DNA of 64,000 bases from a phage. Positions 1 through 8,356 of the stretch are shown here, in pieces. The first letter of the stretch is position 1, and the number at the start of each line of letters is the position of its first letter. The stretch lies in NCBI GenBank assembly GCA_012813795.1, contig GCA_012813795.1_4087.1; one strand, 5' to 3'. The notes beneath the pieces were generated by a model. It did no database searches. It had not been told where the DNA came from and saw nothing but the letters and a program-made list of their open reading frames with translations. The position numbers and the translations under genes are program-made.

Positions 1-172
1 ATATAACGTTGTGTCTTTGTTGTATTGAACTTTGTCAGGTCATTTAACAGTAAAGAGAGTACATGGGCTACATCGCGACCCCTAACATACATCGTGCGTT
101 CACTCATGACCTTTTCATAGCCACGAATGTTATCAAATTCAGATATACCCACGTATTCAATCACGTATCTGT

Positions 173-679
173 TCATTTATCATCCACTTGTATGTCAAAG
201 GCTTTACAGAAATTATCTACTCTTTTACCAGGAACTGACATGTATATGTTATATGGCAATTCACATACCTTATTGGAAATTGCCAGTACTTTAGGAATAT
301 CAGGATCGTGTAGTTCAAAGTTGTATAGCAATGAACTTTGGAATACACCCTCTTCAGTACTGTAATCTACAATGAACAGTTCGTGTGATGATGGTATATC
401 ATATTCTACAATGTTTTTGTGATTCGGTCTATTATGAAAGTGAATTTCATATGTATCACGCACCGTTGGTTTAGATAGATAAACCGCAGATTCAAAAAGA
501 TCACCAATACCGAATGTAACATCACACAGCTTATCACCGTTTGTATCATACAAATAGAACATTGTACTATCAAATACTTTATCAGATACAATATTCATAG
601 TATTGTACGTACCATTGTAGCTCTCATTGAAGTTGATAAACTCTATGAACTTTACAAACTTATCAGTACTAAGATTCAC
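173..679 (-). CDS. EEYFQ-motif paralog family member (168 aa), function unknown
   Basis: ORF track; C-terminal STEEGVFQSSLLYNF matches the motif shared by 18 ORFs in this window. Confidence 0.6.
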   Translation of the reverse strand: MNLSTDKFVKFIEFINFNESYNGTYNTMNIVSDKVFDSTMFYLYDTNGDKLCDVTFGIGDLFESAVYLSKPTVRDTYEIHFHNRPNHKNIVEYDIPSSHELFIVDYSTEEGVFQSSLLYNFELHDPDIPKVLAISNKVCELPYNIYMSVPGKRVDNFCKAFDIQVDDK

Positions 680-879
680 TACTTCACCTCAATGACCTTA
701 AGGTTAACAAAGTCACCTTTGACCTTCATACATTTGTATTCGGTACGAGTTTCTTCACCAGCATCACGAGGCCAGTGTGTCGCAGAATAACACTGCTCAG
801 GTGTTTTATATACACCGTCACCGAATGTATGTGTGATTTCACCATTTGTTAGTACTACGGCTAGATATAAAGTAAACAT
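679..879 (-). CDS. small hypothetical protein with hydrophobic N-terminus (66 aa)
   Basis: ORF track; abuts downstream gene; N-terminal MFTLYLAVVL hydrophobic stretch. Confidence 0.4.
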   Translation of the reverse strand: MFTLYLAVVLTNGEITHTFGDGVYKTPEQCYSATHWPRDAGEETRTEYKCMKVKGDFVNLKVIEVK

Positions 880-888
880 GTGTATTCC

Positions 889-1035
889 TCAAAAAAACTT
901 ATTAATGATAACTGCAAACAGTCCCAGTACTGCAATAATTACAGATACCCACATTACCGCATTCACTGTACCAGTTAGTTCTTTATCAAACTCCCTGCAC
1001 TTCTTGCGGTACTCTTCCCATTCTTTGTTGTTCAC
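889..1035 (-). CDS. possible small tail-anchored membrane protein (48 aa, GTG start)
   Basis: GTG 1 nt after upstream stop, GGAG 7 nt upstream, C-terminal TM WVSVIIAVLGLFAVII; shortened from track ORF 889..1203. Confidence 0.3.
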   Translation of the reverse strand: MNNKEWEEYRKKCREFDKELTGTVNAVMWVSVIIAVLGLFAVIINKFF

Positions 1036-1036
1036 C

Positions 1037-1246
1037 TTATGCTCCCAATAAATCAGTTGCTTTCTTGAGAACAACGTCAATTGTTTCCAGTACTGCACCT
1101 TTGTGTTCAATTGATACAATATTATTATAAGTATCAAGGTCCAAGTATTCCATGTATTCAGTTTTGAATACACGAACATCAGTACTAGTGATTTTAAGAT
1201 CACAACCTTTATTCCAGATAACCTGCATCATTTCATTGGTAGTCAT
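1037..1246 (-). CDS. hypothetical protein (69 aa)
   Basis: ORF track; start abuts stop of 1246..1521. Confidence 0.45.
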   Translation of the reverse strand: MTTNEMMQVIWNKGCDLKITSTDVRVFKTEYMEYLDLDTYNNIVSIEHKGAVLETIDVVLKKATDLLGA

Positions 1247-1521
1247 TATTCAACCTTATCATAAACAAGTTTGTGAGTGCTTATTACTTTGTTGAGTTGC
1301 CCAGGACATTCATATACGTATAATCTCTCCTGACGTTTTTCCCAACCACCACAAATACGTCCTGCTTGTGTACATATTTCATATTCGTTAATAAAAGACT
1401 TACCTGTGAATGTACAATCATAACGAACTAAGTCTTTTGCACTAAACCTGCCGTAATCATTACATGCTGTAAGAAACATTGTACAGAATACAACAAACAC
1501 AGTCAATAGTTTTTTAATCAT
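1246..1521 (-). CDS. putative lipoprotein (91 aa)
   Basis: Signal peptide plus lipobox MFLTAC near N-terminus. Confidence 0.6.
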   Translation of the reverse strand: MIKKLLTVFVVFCTMFLTACNDYGRFSAKDLVRYDCTFTGKSFINEYEICTQAGRICGGWEKRQERLYVYECPGQLNKVISTHKLVYDKVE

Positions 1522-1886
1522 TTAAGATCTCCCCAACGGCAACCCTTCATATGATTCAAATTCACCTCAACTATTTCATGTGTGTCAGTGCACAATATCG
1601 ACAGTTTTTTTGTAAAATCACCTGGTGAACTTTCATATTTCACACAATAGCCCTCGATACGGAGAACCGAGTGGGTCCATGATTCCCACTCAATCCAAAT
1701 TTCATTTGGGTGATATACAATATCTTCGTTTAACTTGTGATATTCATCCAGTGGAAGCTGTGTAGTGATATCAATATATTTTACATTTCGACTGAGTTTT
1801 TCAAGCTGATATCGTGTATTAGCTAGATATTCTTCGTCATTCAAACGTTTTAAGATATTTGCCGAACGAGTAGTATCAAGACTCAT
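1518..1886 (-). CDS. hypothetical protein (122 aa)
   Basis: ORF track; 4-nt overlap with downstream gene. Confidence 0.5.
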   Translation of the reverse strand: MSLDTTRSANILKRLNDEEYLANTRYQLEKLSRNVKYIDITTQLPLDEYHKLNEDIVYHPNEIWIEWESWTHSVLRIEGYCVKYESSPGDFTKKLSILCTDTHEIVEVNLNHMKGCRWGDLK

Positions 1887-1888
1887 TG

Positions 1889-2134
1889 TTATTCTCCATG
1901 AACCACAGATGTATCCACGCGAACTTTACCACTCATATAAGACGTAGTAGTGTTTGCATTAGGACAGTACACAGTGTACAAAGATGCACCAGCACCGTCT
2001 TGTTGCATACGATAAATCTTACACCCTGCTTCTTTGAGTTCAGTTGGTAAAACAAACTCACTAGTTCGTTCTTTGGTTGAAGCATCACATGCAGTGAGTA
2101 GGAAAGCAATTAGTACTGCTACAATATATTTCAT
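1889..2134 (-). CDS. putative lipoprotein (81 aa)
   Basis: Signal peptide plus lipobox FLLTAC. Confidence 0.6.
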   Translation of the reverse strand: MKYIVAVLIAFLLTACDASTKERTSEFVLPTELKEAGCKIYRMQQDGAGASLYTVYCPNANTTTSYMSGKVRVDTSVVHGE

Positions 2135-2442
2135 TAACGAACCTCCACTTCTTGAGAAAGAGCATGAGTCAGTGCATTTGAATTCGAACCATTCATTTCA
2201 CGCTGACATACAAACATAATGGCATCTTGTACTGAACCTGCGATTTCATACTCACGACCTTCTGGATCAGTTACCAGATGTTCAACGATACAACCACCAC
2301 GCAGTACAGAAGCACCAGTACTTACACTAATCCTGTAACCTAAAAAATCAAACTGCATACATGCGTCAGTAGGTTTCATCCAATAACCGCTGTTTTGATT
2401 CAAATCGATGATTACAAAACCTTGAGTGTTAGTTTGAAACAT
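2134..2442 (-). CDS. hypothetical protein (102 aa)
   Basis: ORF track; first gene after promoter 2536..2564. Confidence 0.5.
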   Translation of the reverse strand: MFQTNTQGFVIIDLNQNSGYWMKPTDACMQFDFLGYRISVSTGASVLRGGCIVEHLVTDPEGREYEIAGSVQDAIMFVCQREMNGSNSNALTHALSQEVEVR

Positions 2443-2535
2443 AGTTAATTCCTCATTTAATTTAAAAGGGTGGAAACGCAGTGACGAGTACGATTATGCT
2501 GTCTTTCCTTTCACTGCATTCCCTTTGATATAAAC

Positions 2536-2564
2536 ATTATACTGCTATTATTCAGTACTGTCAA
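2536..2564 (-). promoter_or_regulatory. sigma-70-type early promoter
   Basis: Minus strand reads TTGACA-N17-TATAAT followed by GTTTAT; spacer starts GTACTG. Confidence 0.7.
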
Positions 2565-2839
2565 TCGATATAAGTACCTTTTTTAACATCACAGACTTCT
2601 TCCATCCAATGTGGATTTTCGTTTTTATCAGTGAAGATTTGTTCTGCTTCTTCTTTTGTTTCAGCTAGGACGATACGGTCCCCATCATCCAAAACACGGA
2701 TACGATAAACTTTCAGTTCTTGTTTCTGCTCAAGGATATTACACAGTTCACGTGCTTTTTCTTCATCGCACTCCCCTTCATTAGCATAAAACCAGATTGC
2801 TTTTTTAATAAGGTCACGTTCTTCTTTGGTAAAAGACAT
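2561..2839 (-). CDS. hypothetical acidic protein (92 aa)
   Basis: ORF track; downstream of promoter 2885..2912. Confidence 0.55.
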   Translation of the reverse strand: MSFTKEERDLIKKAIWFYANEGECDEEKARELCNILEQKQELKVYRIRVLDDGDRIVLAETKEEAEQIFTDKNENPHWMEEVCDVKKGTYID

Positions 2840-2884
2840 AATATTTCCTATTATTTGTTAAAGTGGGTGTCGTTTGATATAAAC

Positions 2885-2912
2885 ATTATACAGTACTGAT
2901 ATCTTCTGTCAA
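2885..2912 (-). promoter_or_regulatory. sigma-70-type early promoter
   Basis: TTGACA-N16-TATAAT-GTTTAT; CAGTACTG abuts the -10. Confidence 0.65.
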
Positions 2913-3010
2913 GTATTAATCACCAAAAATCATCATATACCCAAACCAACAAACACAGATGACTAAAACTAACAATACCAACGATAATCTCTAAAGTCAC
3001 GTTTGCATCC

Positions 3011-3211
3011 TTAATCAATGATTTTATATTCACGATGACCATAGAAGCCAGCCTCAAGGATGTGATTACCATCAGCATCTTCCAAGTCCCAGCCACGGGA
3101 TGTTTCGGCAATAATAGTCATGATGTGACCTTTAGTGAAGGTTCCACTCATAGTAGATACGTCTTCAAGTAATTGAACCTGCTTACCAACATTTGTATTC
3201 GATTGAAACAT
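3011..3211 (-). CDS. hypothetical protein (66 aa)
   Basis: ORF track; preferred over overlapping frame 2920..3111. Confidence 0.45.
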   Translation of the reverse strand: MFQSNTNVGKQVQLLEDVSTMSGTFTKGHIMTIIAETSRGWDLEDADGNHILEAGFYGHREYKIID

Positions 3212-3222
3212 TTATTTTTCCT

Positions 3223-3303
3223 TTAAGGTTGGATATATGCCAGTGCACCAATACCGATAACAACTACAGTGAATACAACCAGAAATATATTAAGTTTCAT
3301 CAT
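3223..3303 (-). CDS. possible 26-aa single-TM peptide
   Basis: My translation gives MMKLNIFLVVFTVVVIGIGALAYIQP; ATGATGA overlap with upstream ORF; below track size cutoff. Confidence 0.3.
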   Translation of the reverse strand: MMKLNIFLVVFTVVVIGIGALAYIQP

Positions 3304-3467
3304 TGTTTAATCACCTCGATTACTTTATCGATCTTAGTTCCAATACTTTCAGTACTTTCAGTTTTAGATGTACAGTAATCTGGACGGGTGTCAGGAAACT
3401 TCTCAGTTACCCATGAATGTCCATAGATGCCTAAACCGATACCAACGATTAAGATAATGATTTGCAT
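3300..3467 (-). CDS. possible 55-aa N-terminal-TM protein
   Basis: My translation gives MQIIILIVGIGLGIYGHSW...; below track cutoff. Confidence 0.35.
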   Translation of the reverse strand: MQIIILIVGIGLGIYGHSWVTEKFPDTRPDYCTSKTESTESIGTKIDKVIEVIKQ

Positions 3468-3481
3468 GATAGTTCCTCTAA

Positions 3482-4276
3482 TTAAATTACATAGGGTTTA
3501 TAGTAATGAATCTCATTTGCTATTGCAGTGAAAACTTTCTTATTAAATCTTTCACCATAATCACGAAGTGATTCACCTTCTACGCTTTCAATAAAGTAAT
3601 TATATACTGGTAGTCGTGCACTGTCAATACCTATAAACGATTTCATGTAAATTTGTACTAAACGATTCATACCTGAATTTAAACATTCAACATCAAAGTG
3701 CTTGATACCTTTGTCTAAGTGCTTGAATGCATTGATGATACCACGCTTGAAATCACGCTCCATAGTACTGAATAGATTCTCAGGAAACACTGTAATCGGA
3801 GACATGGATTTAAGAATGTATGTATCTTTTGCATTCTTGATGTACTCAATGAAGCAGTAGTTTACATTAGGCTCAATTGAACGGTCTGCATTATGATACC
3901 AGTACTTAAACTCGCTGTACTCTGCGAACTTATGCTGGCGTAAGGCATTACAATCCTCACACAGTGCAGTCATGTTCTCTTTATCATTACCACCCTGAAG
4001 ACAGTCAAGTACATTATGGTCTAACGTCATGCGTACAAGGCGTTTCCCTTTAAGTACATAAGGTCTGAATTTATAACGGTCTTTAGTACTGTGCTTATGT
4101 AAAGTGAATACTACATTGGATTCACCACAACAATCACATTTAAAGCCGTCACGAGACATTACATGAATGAGTTTGCGAGTATTAGGTCCAAACTCAGATT
4201 TAGTAATATTATCCACAATTTCTGATGGTTGGTAATATTTTGAATTCAGTCGAATCAATTCATCGATAGTACTCAT
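3482..4276 (-). CDS. HNH-motif nuclease domain protein
   Basis: CDCCG...LDHNVLDCLQGGNDKENMTALCEDCNALR (Cys pairs flanking H-N-N); start moved to MSTIDE with GAGGA SD just after upstream stop. Confidence 0.65.
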   Translation of the reverse strand: MSTIDELIRLNSKYYQPSEIVDNITKSEFGPNTRKLIHVMSRDGFKCDCCGESNVVFTLHKHSTKDRYKFRPYVLKGKRLVRMTLDHNVLDCLQGGNDKENMTALCEDCNALRQHKFAEYSEFKYWYHNADRSIEPNVNYCFIEYIKNAKDTYILKSMSPITVFPENLFSTMERDFKRGIINAFKHLDKGIKHFDVECLNSGMNRLVQIYMKSFIGIDSARLPVYNYFIESVEGESLRDYGERFNKKVFTAIANEIHYYKPYVI

Positions 4277-4277
4277 T

Positions 4278-4502
4278 TTAGATTTCCTCTTCACTGCATT
4301 CGGTGATTACTTTTTTAACCTCTATAACTCTTACTAAATGATACCCGCACCTATGGTTGAAATTAAACATGTTTACTAATGCATCAGCTTCTGTTTTTGC
4401 CCTAAATTGGAGATTATATATGTGCATAGTTTCATCGAGTGAGGCTTCACCTTTGCTATTGAAAACAATTTTACAAACTTCAAACCTTACTCGATAAATC
4501 AT
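4278..4502 (-). CDS. hypothetical protein (74 aa)
   Basis: ORF track; 4-nt overlap upstream. Confidence 0.45.
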   Translation of the reverse strand: MIYRVRFEVCKIVFNSKGEASLDETMHIYNLQFRAKTEADALVNMFNFNHRCGYHLVRVIEVKKVITECSEEEI

Positions 4503-4708
4503 TGAGTTTGTCCTACAATAAATTTCGCTTTAATATCACTTTTGTAACACCACATTTGTTCTTCACTAACTGTCATCCAAGAATTTTTGTTTACTTGTTC
4601 GTATGTACTATCACGTACAGAAAAACATTGGTTTAATGAATTCATAGGGGTAATTTGTACACCGGATTGCATTGAAAGAGCAACAATTAAAAAGATTGTA
4701 GTATTCAT
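4499..4708 (-). CDS. small secreted/membrane protein (69 aa)
   Basis: N-terminal hydrophobic signal-like segment; first gene after promoter 4773..4801. Confidence 0.45.
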   Translation of the reverse strand: MNTTIFLIVALSMQSGVQITPMNSLNQCFSVRDSTYEQVNKNSWMTVSEEQMWCYKSDIKAKFIVGQTQ

Positions 4709-4772
4709 TGAATGTTCCTTAATAGTTAGTCATCCATCTCTTCGAGATGTCTGTTCGCTTCTAATACTACGT

Positions 4773-4801
4773 ATTCTACGCGAATGATTAATAACTGTCA
4801 A
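4773..4801 (-). promoter_or_regulatory. sigma-70-type promoter
   Basis: TTGACA-N17-TAGAAT on minus strand. Confidence 0.6.
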
Positions 4802-4804
4802 GGA

Positions 4805-5324
4805 CTTTTAATATTGACGGGATTTGAGGAAGGGATTTTTCTTCCCCCCGCTGGGAGGGGAATTTGACGCTGATGGTATCAGAGCTATTGCATTGAAGAT
4901 TACTCTTAATGAGTACGAAAGCGGGTCATCCTGTTTCTCTCTACTTCAGTTTCATATGACGGTCTACACTTTTAAACATAGTGTATCTTCATTAAGTATC
5001 TATGCAATCAAATACTTAATGTGAGTACTCAAATTTTGGACGCAACTTTCCTGTACAAAATTTGATAACTCTCCCTTAGATAATTCGTAAGGTGTTATCC
5101 TTATATGTCTATCTAGGAACCACCAGCCATCCTAACGTGGTTCTTTATAGTGCCGCATTGCCGTGAGGGGTTCATAATATGCCCACATCTGACGGGTTTC
5201 TTCTGCACTTCGCACTGCTGGACTGCTCAACTGCCCTCTACATTTTCGAGTGGATCAGGTTCATGTCATCCATGCCAACAGAATTGTACAATATCATTGT
5301 ATCATGAACATCCATTTTGTCCCA
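4805..5324. ncRNA. ORF-free, hairpin-rich island; candidate large structured RNA (strand unresolved)
   Basis: No ORF longer than 66 codons and none with an SD; several 5-9-bp nested stems; locally GC-richer; only one AGTACT. Confidence 0.3.
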
Positions 5325-5358
5325 TAAAAAAAGGGCTGACCTAAGTCAACCCTTTTTC
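5325..5358. terminator. bidirectional rho-independent terminator
   Basis: A7-AGGGCTGAC-CTAA-GTCAACCCT-T5 directly after the sigma gene stop. Confidence 0.75.
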
Positions 5359-5359
5359 T

Positions 5360-6322
5360 TTAGAAATCTTCGTATTCGTACCCTTTTTCAAGTACTATTT
5401 TTTTAAGCTTTTGAATAGCTTCACTATATTTTCGGTGCACAGATGAACGGGACTTAACAATGTTTCCTTTATCATCAACATATCCATTATCAGAAATTTC
5501 ACGAAGGGTTTCTGCTTTGTAATCCCCAAGACCATGAACACGCATGATAATTTCTCGTTCTTTAGTACTCAATTCGTCAATGATTTCTGTGATTGCATAA
5601 CGTAATGGATTACAAATGCTATCAACATTAAGGTTATAATCACGAGCAGATGAACTCAGAATATCCCCAAGGGTTCCGTCTGAATCTGAACCCAGTTGTG
5701 CATCAAGAGTCGTATATGCATTCTGGTATAACAAACAGTTCTTAACGTGCTGAAGCTCGATACCAGTACTCTCAGAGATTAATTCTGGTGTTGGTCGCTT
5801 ACCGTGTTCACGTTGATATGATTCATTAAATCGACGTACTTGGATGTTATGAACGCTCATATAACGTGGTAAGTACACCATGTAATTTGCATCTGAACTT
5901 TCATTATACATAGTCATATAAACGGACGTTGTTGCATATGTAATGAATTTGACATTCTTACTAAGATCAAAGGTTTTAAGTGCTCGCATAAAACCTTCTA
6001 CGCCATATGCAATTTTATCTTCAAACGGAATATAACATGTACACTTTGAAGCAACGTCAACAATCATACCATAGTTGTAACGAAGTAATAGGTCAGTATT
6101 CTTTTTTACATTAATCCCAGCACGAATCTCTTCTATGATAGATTCATTAGTTACACCTGCTGGACGTTTAATACTGATATTACTTTTACTACGAACTTTA
6201 TGTGGAATATCATCTTCAATAACTTCTGATGGTTCAATTGCTTCCAATGGATTGACTTCTTCATTCGCAAAACATTCATCCAGTACTTCTTCGGAAATTG
6301 CGTTTAAGTCTAGTTTCTTCAC
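5360..6322 (-). CDS. sigma-70 family RNA polymerase sigma factor (320 aa)
   Basis: Collinear with sigma-70 regions 2-4: FITYATTSVYM..., GKRPTPELISESTGIE, LGSDSDGTLGDIL, STKEREIIMRVHGL, C-terminal HTH. Confidence 0.85.
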   Translation of the reverse strand: MKKLDLNAISEEVLDECFANEEVNPLEAIEPSEVIEDDIPHKVRSKSNISIKRPAGVTNESIIEEIRAGINVKKNTDLLLRYNYGMIVDVASKCTCYIPFEDKIAYGVEGFMRALKTFDLSKNVKFITYATTSVYMTMYNESSDANYMVYLPRYMSVHNIQVRRFNESYQREHGKRPTPELISESTGIELQHVKNCLLYQNAYTTLDAQLGSDSDGTLGDILSSSARDYNLNVDSICNPLRYAITEIIDELSTKEREIIMRVHGLGDYKAETLREISDNGYVDDKGNIVKSRSSVHRKYSEAIQKLKKIVLEKGYEYEDF

Positions 6323-6343
6323 TTACTTCTCCTAATGAAAAAA

Positions 6344-6841
6344 TCAAAATTGGTATACATTAATATTGTCGTCAGTATATTCATCGTGGTTTTTTACCTC
6401 TTTGAAAGTACTGAATATTTTTTGAAGTAGTGTGTCTTGGTTCTCATGCACAGCAGCATCAACCATGTACTCTCCACCACTTCCCATGAAGAATACATAT
6501 TCCTCATGCATGAACTCAAGGTACTTAAAAAACTTCCCGTTCTTTGTTCCTAAGTGAATACAATAATCTTTGGACAACAAGACACAATGGCAGTTCTCTT
6601 TTCTACTGGGCAGTACTATATCACCATATATCAAATACATCAAGACTTTATTGATTTCATTCACTGAACCTGCTGCACTAAACAGACGATCATGAATGTA
6701 TAATGATTTTTGAGTAACTACACCATATTGTTTTTTTGGTTTTAACGGGAATAATCCGAGAAAGTACCTCTCTGTAGAGGTTGTTACTCTTGAATCAGTG
6801 AGCAATAATCCAACACGCTTGTCAACATATACTGTAGTCAT
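6344..6841 (-). CDS. HslV / proteasome-beta-like Ntn-hydrolase (165 aa)
   Basis: N-terminal MTTVYV (Thr nucleophile after Met removal), FSAAGSVNE vs HslV GFAGGTADA, MGSGGEYMVDAA vs HslV IGSGGPYAQAAA. Confidence 0.5.
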   Translation of the reverse strand: MTTVYVDKRVGLLLTDSRVTTSTERYFLGLFPLKPKKQYGVVTQKSLYIHDRLFSAAGSVNEINKVLMYLIYGDIVLPSRKENCHCVLLSKDYCIHLGTKNGKFFKYLEFMHEEYVFFMGSGGEYMVDAAVHENQDTLLQKIFSTFKEVKNHDEYTDDNINVYQF

Positions 6842-6842
6842 T

Positions 6843-7268
6843 CTACACCTTATCTAAGAATGCGGAATATATATCAATTTCTCTTCCTTTCAATACCTTA
6901 TCAAATGGGAAGGGATCTTTACTTCCAGTTAATATACCAAGTTTTGTGAAAAAATACAAGGCAATGAATTCAGTTATTTTGATGTTTTTCTTACTCTTAA
7001 CCAATTCTGCATAAGCAGAATTATAATCAAATTTTGTAGATGAACCATCAAATCCAAAATAGTGAATGTTGTAATTTTTTGAAAAGTTACTAACTGTCAT
7101 TCTTTCACATATCAAATCAATGGCTACTTTGGACCTACAATGCTTATTGAGTAAATCATAATTACAATTATTCAATGCCTCGTATATATCAAAAGACTCT
7201 TGAGCCAGTGTATGTACTTTAGGCTTAATTAGTTTACTTAGTAAGTACCTTATCTTTTTCAGAATCAT
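6843..7268 (-). CDS. hypothetical protein (141 aa)
   Basis: ORF track. Confidence 0.5.
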   Translation of the reverse strand: MILKKIRYLLSKLIKPKVHTLAQESFDIYEALNNCNYDLLNKHCRSKVAIDLICERMTVSNFSKNYNIHYFGFDGSSTKFDYNSAYAELVKSKKNIKITEFIALYFFTKLGILTGSKDPFPFDKVLKGREIDIYSAFLDKV

Positions 7269-7701
7269 AATAGTACTGCATCTCCGAAAGTAACATTACC
7301 TTATCAATATCAGGGAATGAATCAATAAGTAATGCTTTGATTTCATCCTTTAGCTCTTTGGCTTTTACAGACCATCCTTTGTAATAAGCTTGGAGGATGG
7401 GATCTTTCTTATGCATAGTATCTAATGCATTAACAGCGTAATCCACATGAAATGCAAGTACACCACATAGTTCTTCAATGTACTTCATCTTCATGTTATG
7501 AATATCGCGTTTAGCAGCGTTTGCAAGCACTGTGAACGCAGAATGCATATCACTAAGAGTATGTACTTCAAGTTTATAAAGGTCTTCACAAATGGCTACA
7601 ACGCGTTTTTCTGCCTTGGCTTGCTTAGAGTCTGCTTGGAAAAACAATTCAGACGGTGGATAGACCTTAGTTTTTTCTACCCATTGAACTAATTTATTCA
7701 C
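7234..7701 (-). CDS. hypothetical protein (155 aa)
   Basis: ORF track. Confidence 0.5.
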   Translation of the reverse strand: MNKLVQWVEKTKVYPPSELFFQADSKQAKAEKRVVAICEDLYKLEVHTLSDMHSAFTVLANAAKRDIHNMKMKYIEELCGVLAFHVDYAVNALDTMHKKDPILQAYYKGWSVKAKELKDEIKALLIDSFPDIDKVMLLSEMQYYYDSEKDKVLTK

Positions 7702-7973
7702 AGTACACCCTCTTCAAAAGATTCAGAAATGATCAGAGCATCATCGTAGTCGTCAGCAACAGAACGTACTACATCTAAATTAGTTTTACCTTGAACACTC
7801 TTAACATCGTTCATGAGATAATTAAGATCTACTTTAGTAACTTTTTCAGAATCGAATACACAAAAAGTAAGTTCAGTATCAGGGCAAATGTTTTTAAGAT
7901 TATTAGAAATAACTTTTTTAAAATCAAAAGACGGAGAAGCAACCAGGTTTACTGCTACTAGAATAGAGTTCAT
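7698..7973 (-). CDS. hypothetical protein (91 aa)
   Basis: ORF track; first gene after promoter 8014..8042. Confidence 0.5.
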   Translation of the reverse strand: MNSILVAVNLVASPSFDFKKVISNNLKNICPDTELTFCVFDSEKVTKVDLNYLMNDVKSVQGKTNLDVVRSVADDYDDALIISESFEEGVL

Positions 7974-8013
7974 TGTGTTTTTCCTTTTTGGTTTTCAATT
8001 AAAGTAGGAGTAC

Positions 8014-8042
8014 ATTGTACTCCTATATTTCAGTACTGTCAA
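8014..8042 (-). promoter_or_regulatory. sigma-70-type promoter
   Basis: TTGACA-N17-TACAAT; spacer begins GTACTG. Confidence 0.65.
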
Positions 8043-8046
8043 GTAC

Positions 8047-8298
8047 TTAGATACCTAAAACTGCATTTAGTTCTTTGCGTTTGTTAAAAGAATCTGATTC
8101 AATCTTACTTTTCTTATTGAACATTGATTCGATATCTTTGTAGATACCTTCGATGCTTTTAGTAACTACCCATTCTGATTCTTGTAACATACCTTGAAGT
8201 CTAGCGTATTCAACCTTAATAGTGTCACGTAGTTCTTGACATTGGACTTCATTTTTCTGTAAAGCTTCAGTTAATGATTTCACCACATCGAGATTCAT
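8047..8298 (-). CDS. hypothetical coiled-coil protein (83 aa)
   Basis: ORF track; heptad-like charged sequence. Confidence 0.5.
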   Translation of the reverse strand: MNLDVVKSLTEALQKNEVQCQELRDTIKVEYARLQGMLQESEWVVTKSIEGIYKDIESMFNKKSKIESDSFNKRKELNAVLGI

Positions 8299-8327
8299 AT
8301 GTGTCCCTCCTTTGTTTTGATAAAATA

Positions 8328-8356
8328 ATTATATCCCTTAACACATTTTATGTCAA
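8328..8356 (-). promoter_or_regulatory. sigma-70-type promoter
   Basis: TTGACA-N17-TATAAT. Confidence 0.65.

Noticed and set aside
889-1203. Track ORF 889..1203 (104 aa), which overlaps 1037..1246 in another frame.
   Set aside because: The N-terminal two-thirds overlap a better-coupled ORF and look like out-of-frame translation. Only the C-terminal 48 codons (GTG start with SD) are kept, at low confidence.
4824-5344. ORFs 4824..5024 (66 aa) and 5150..5344 (64 aa, Cys-rich) inside the ORF-free island.
   Set aside because: They have no SD or promoter and an implausible composition, and they run through multiple stem-loops. The island is better described as non-coding.
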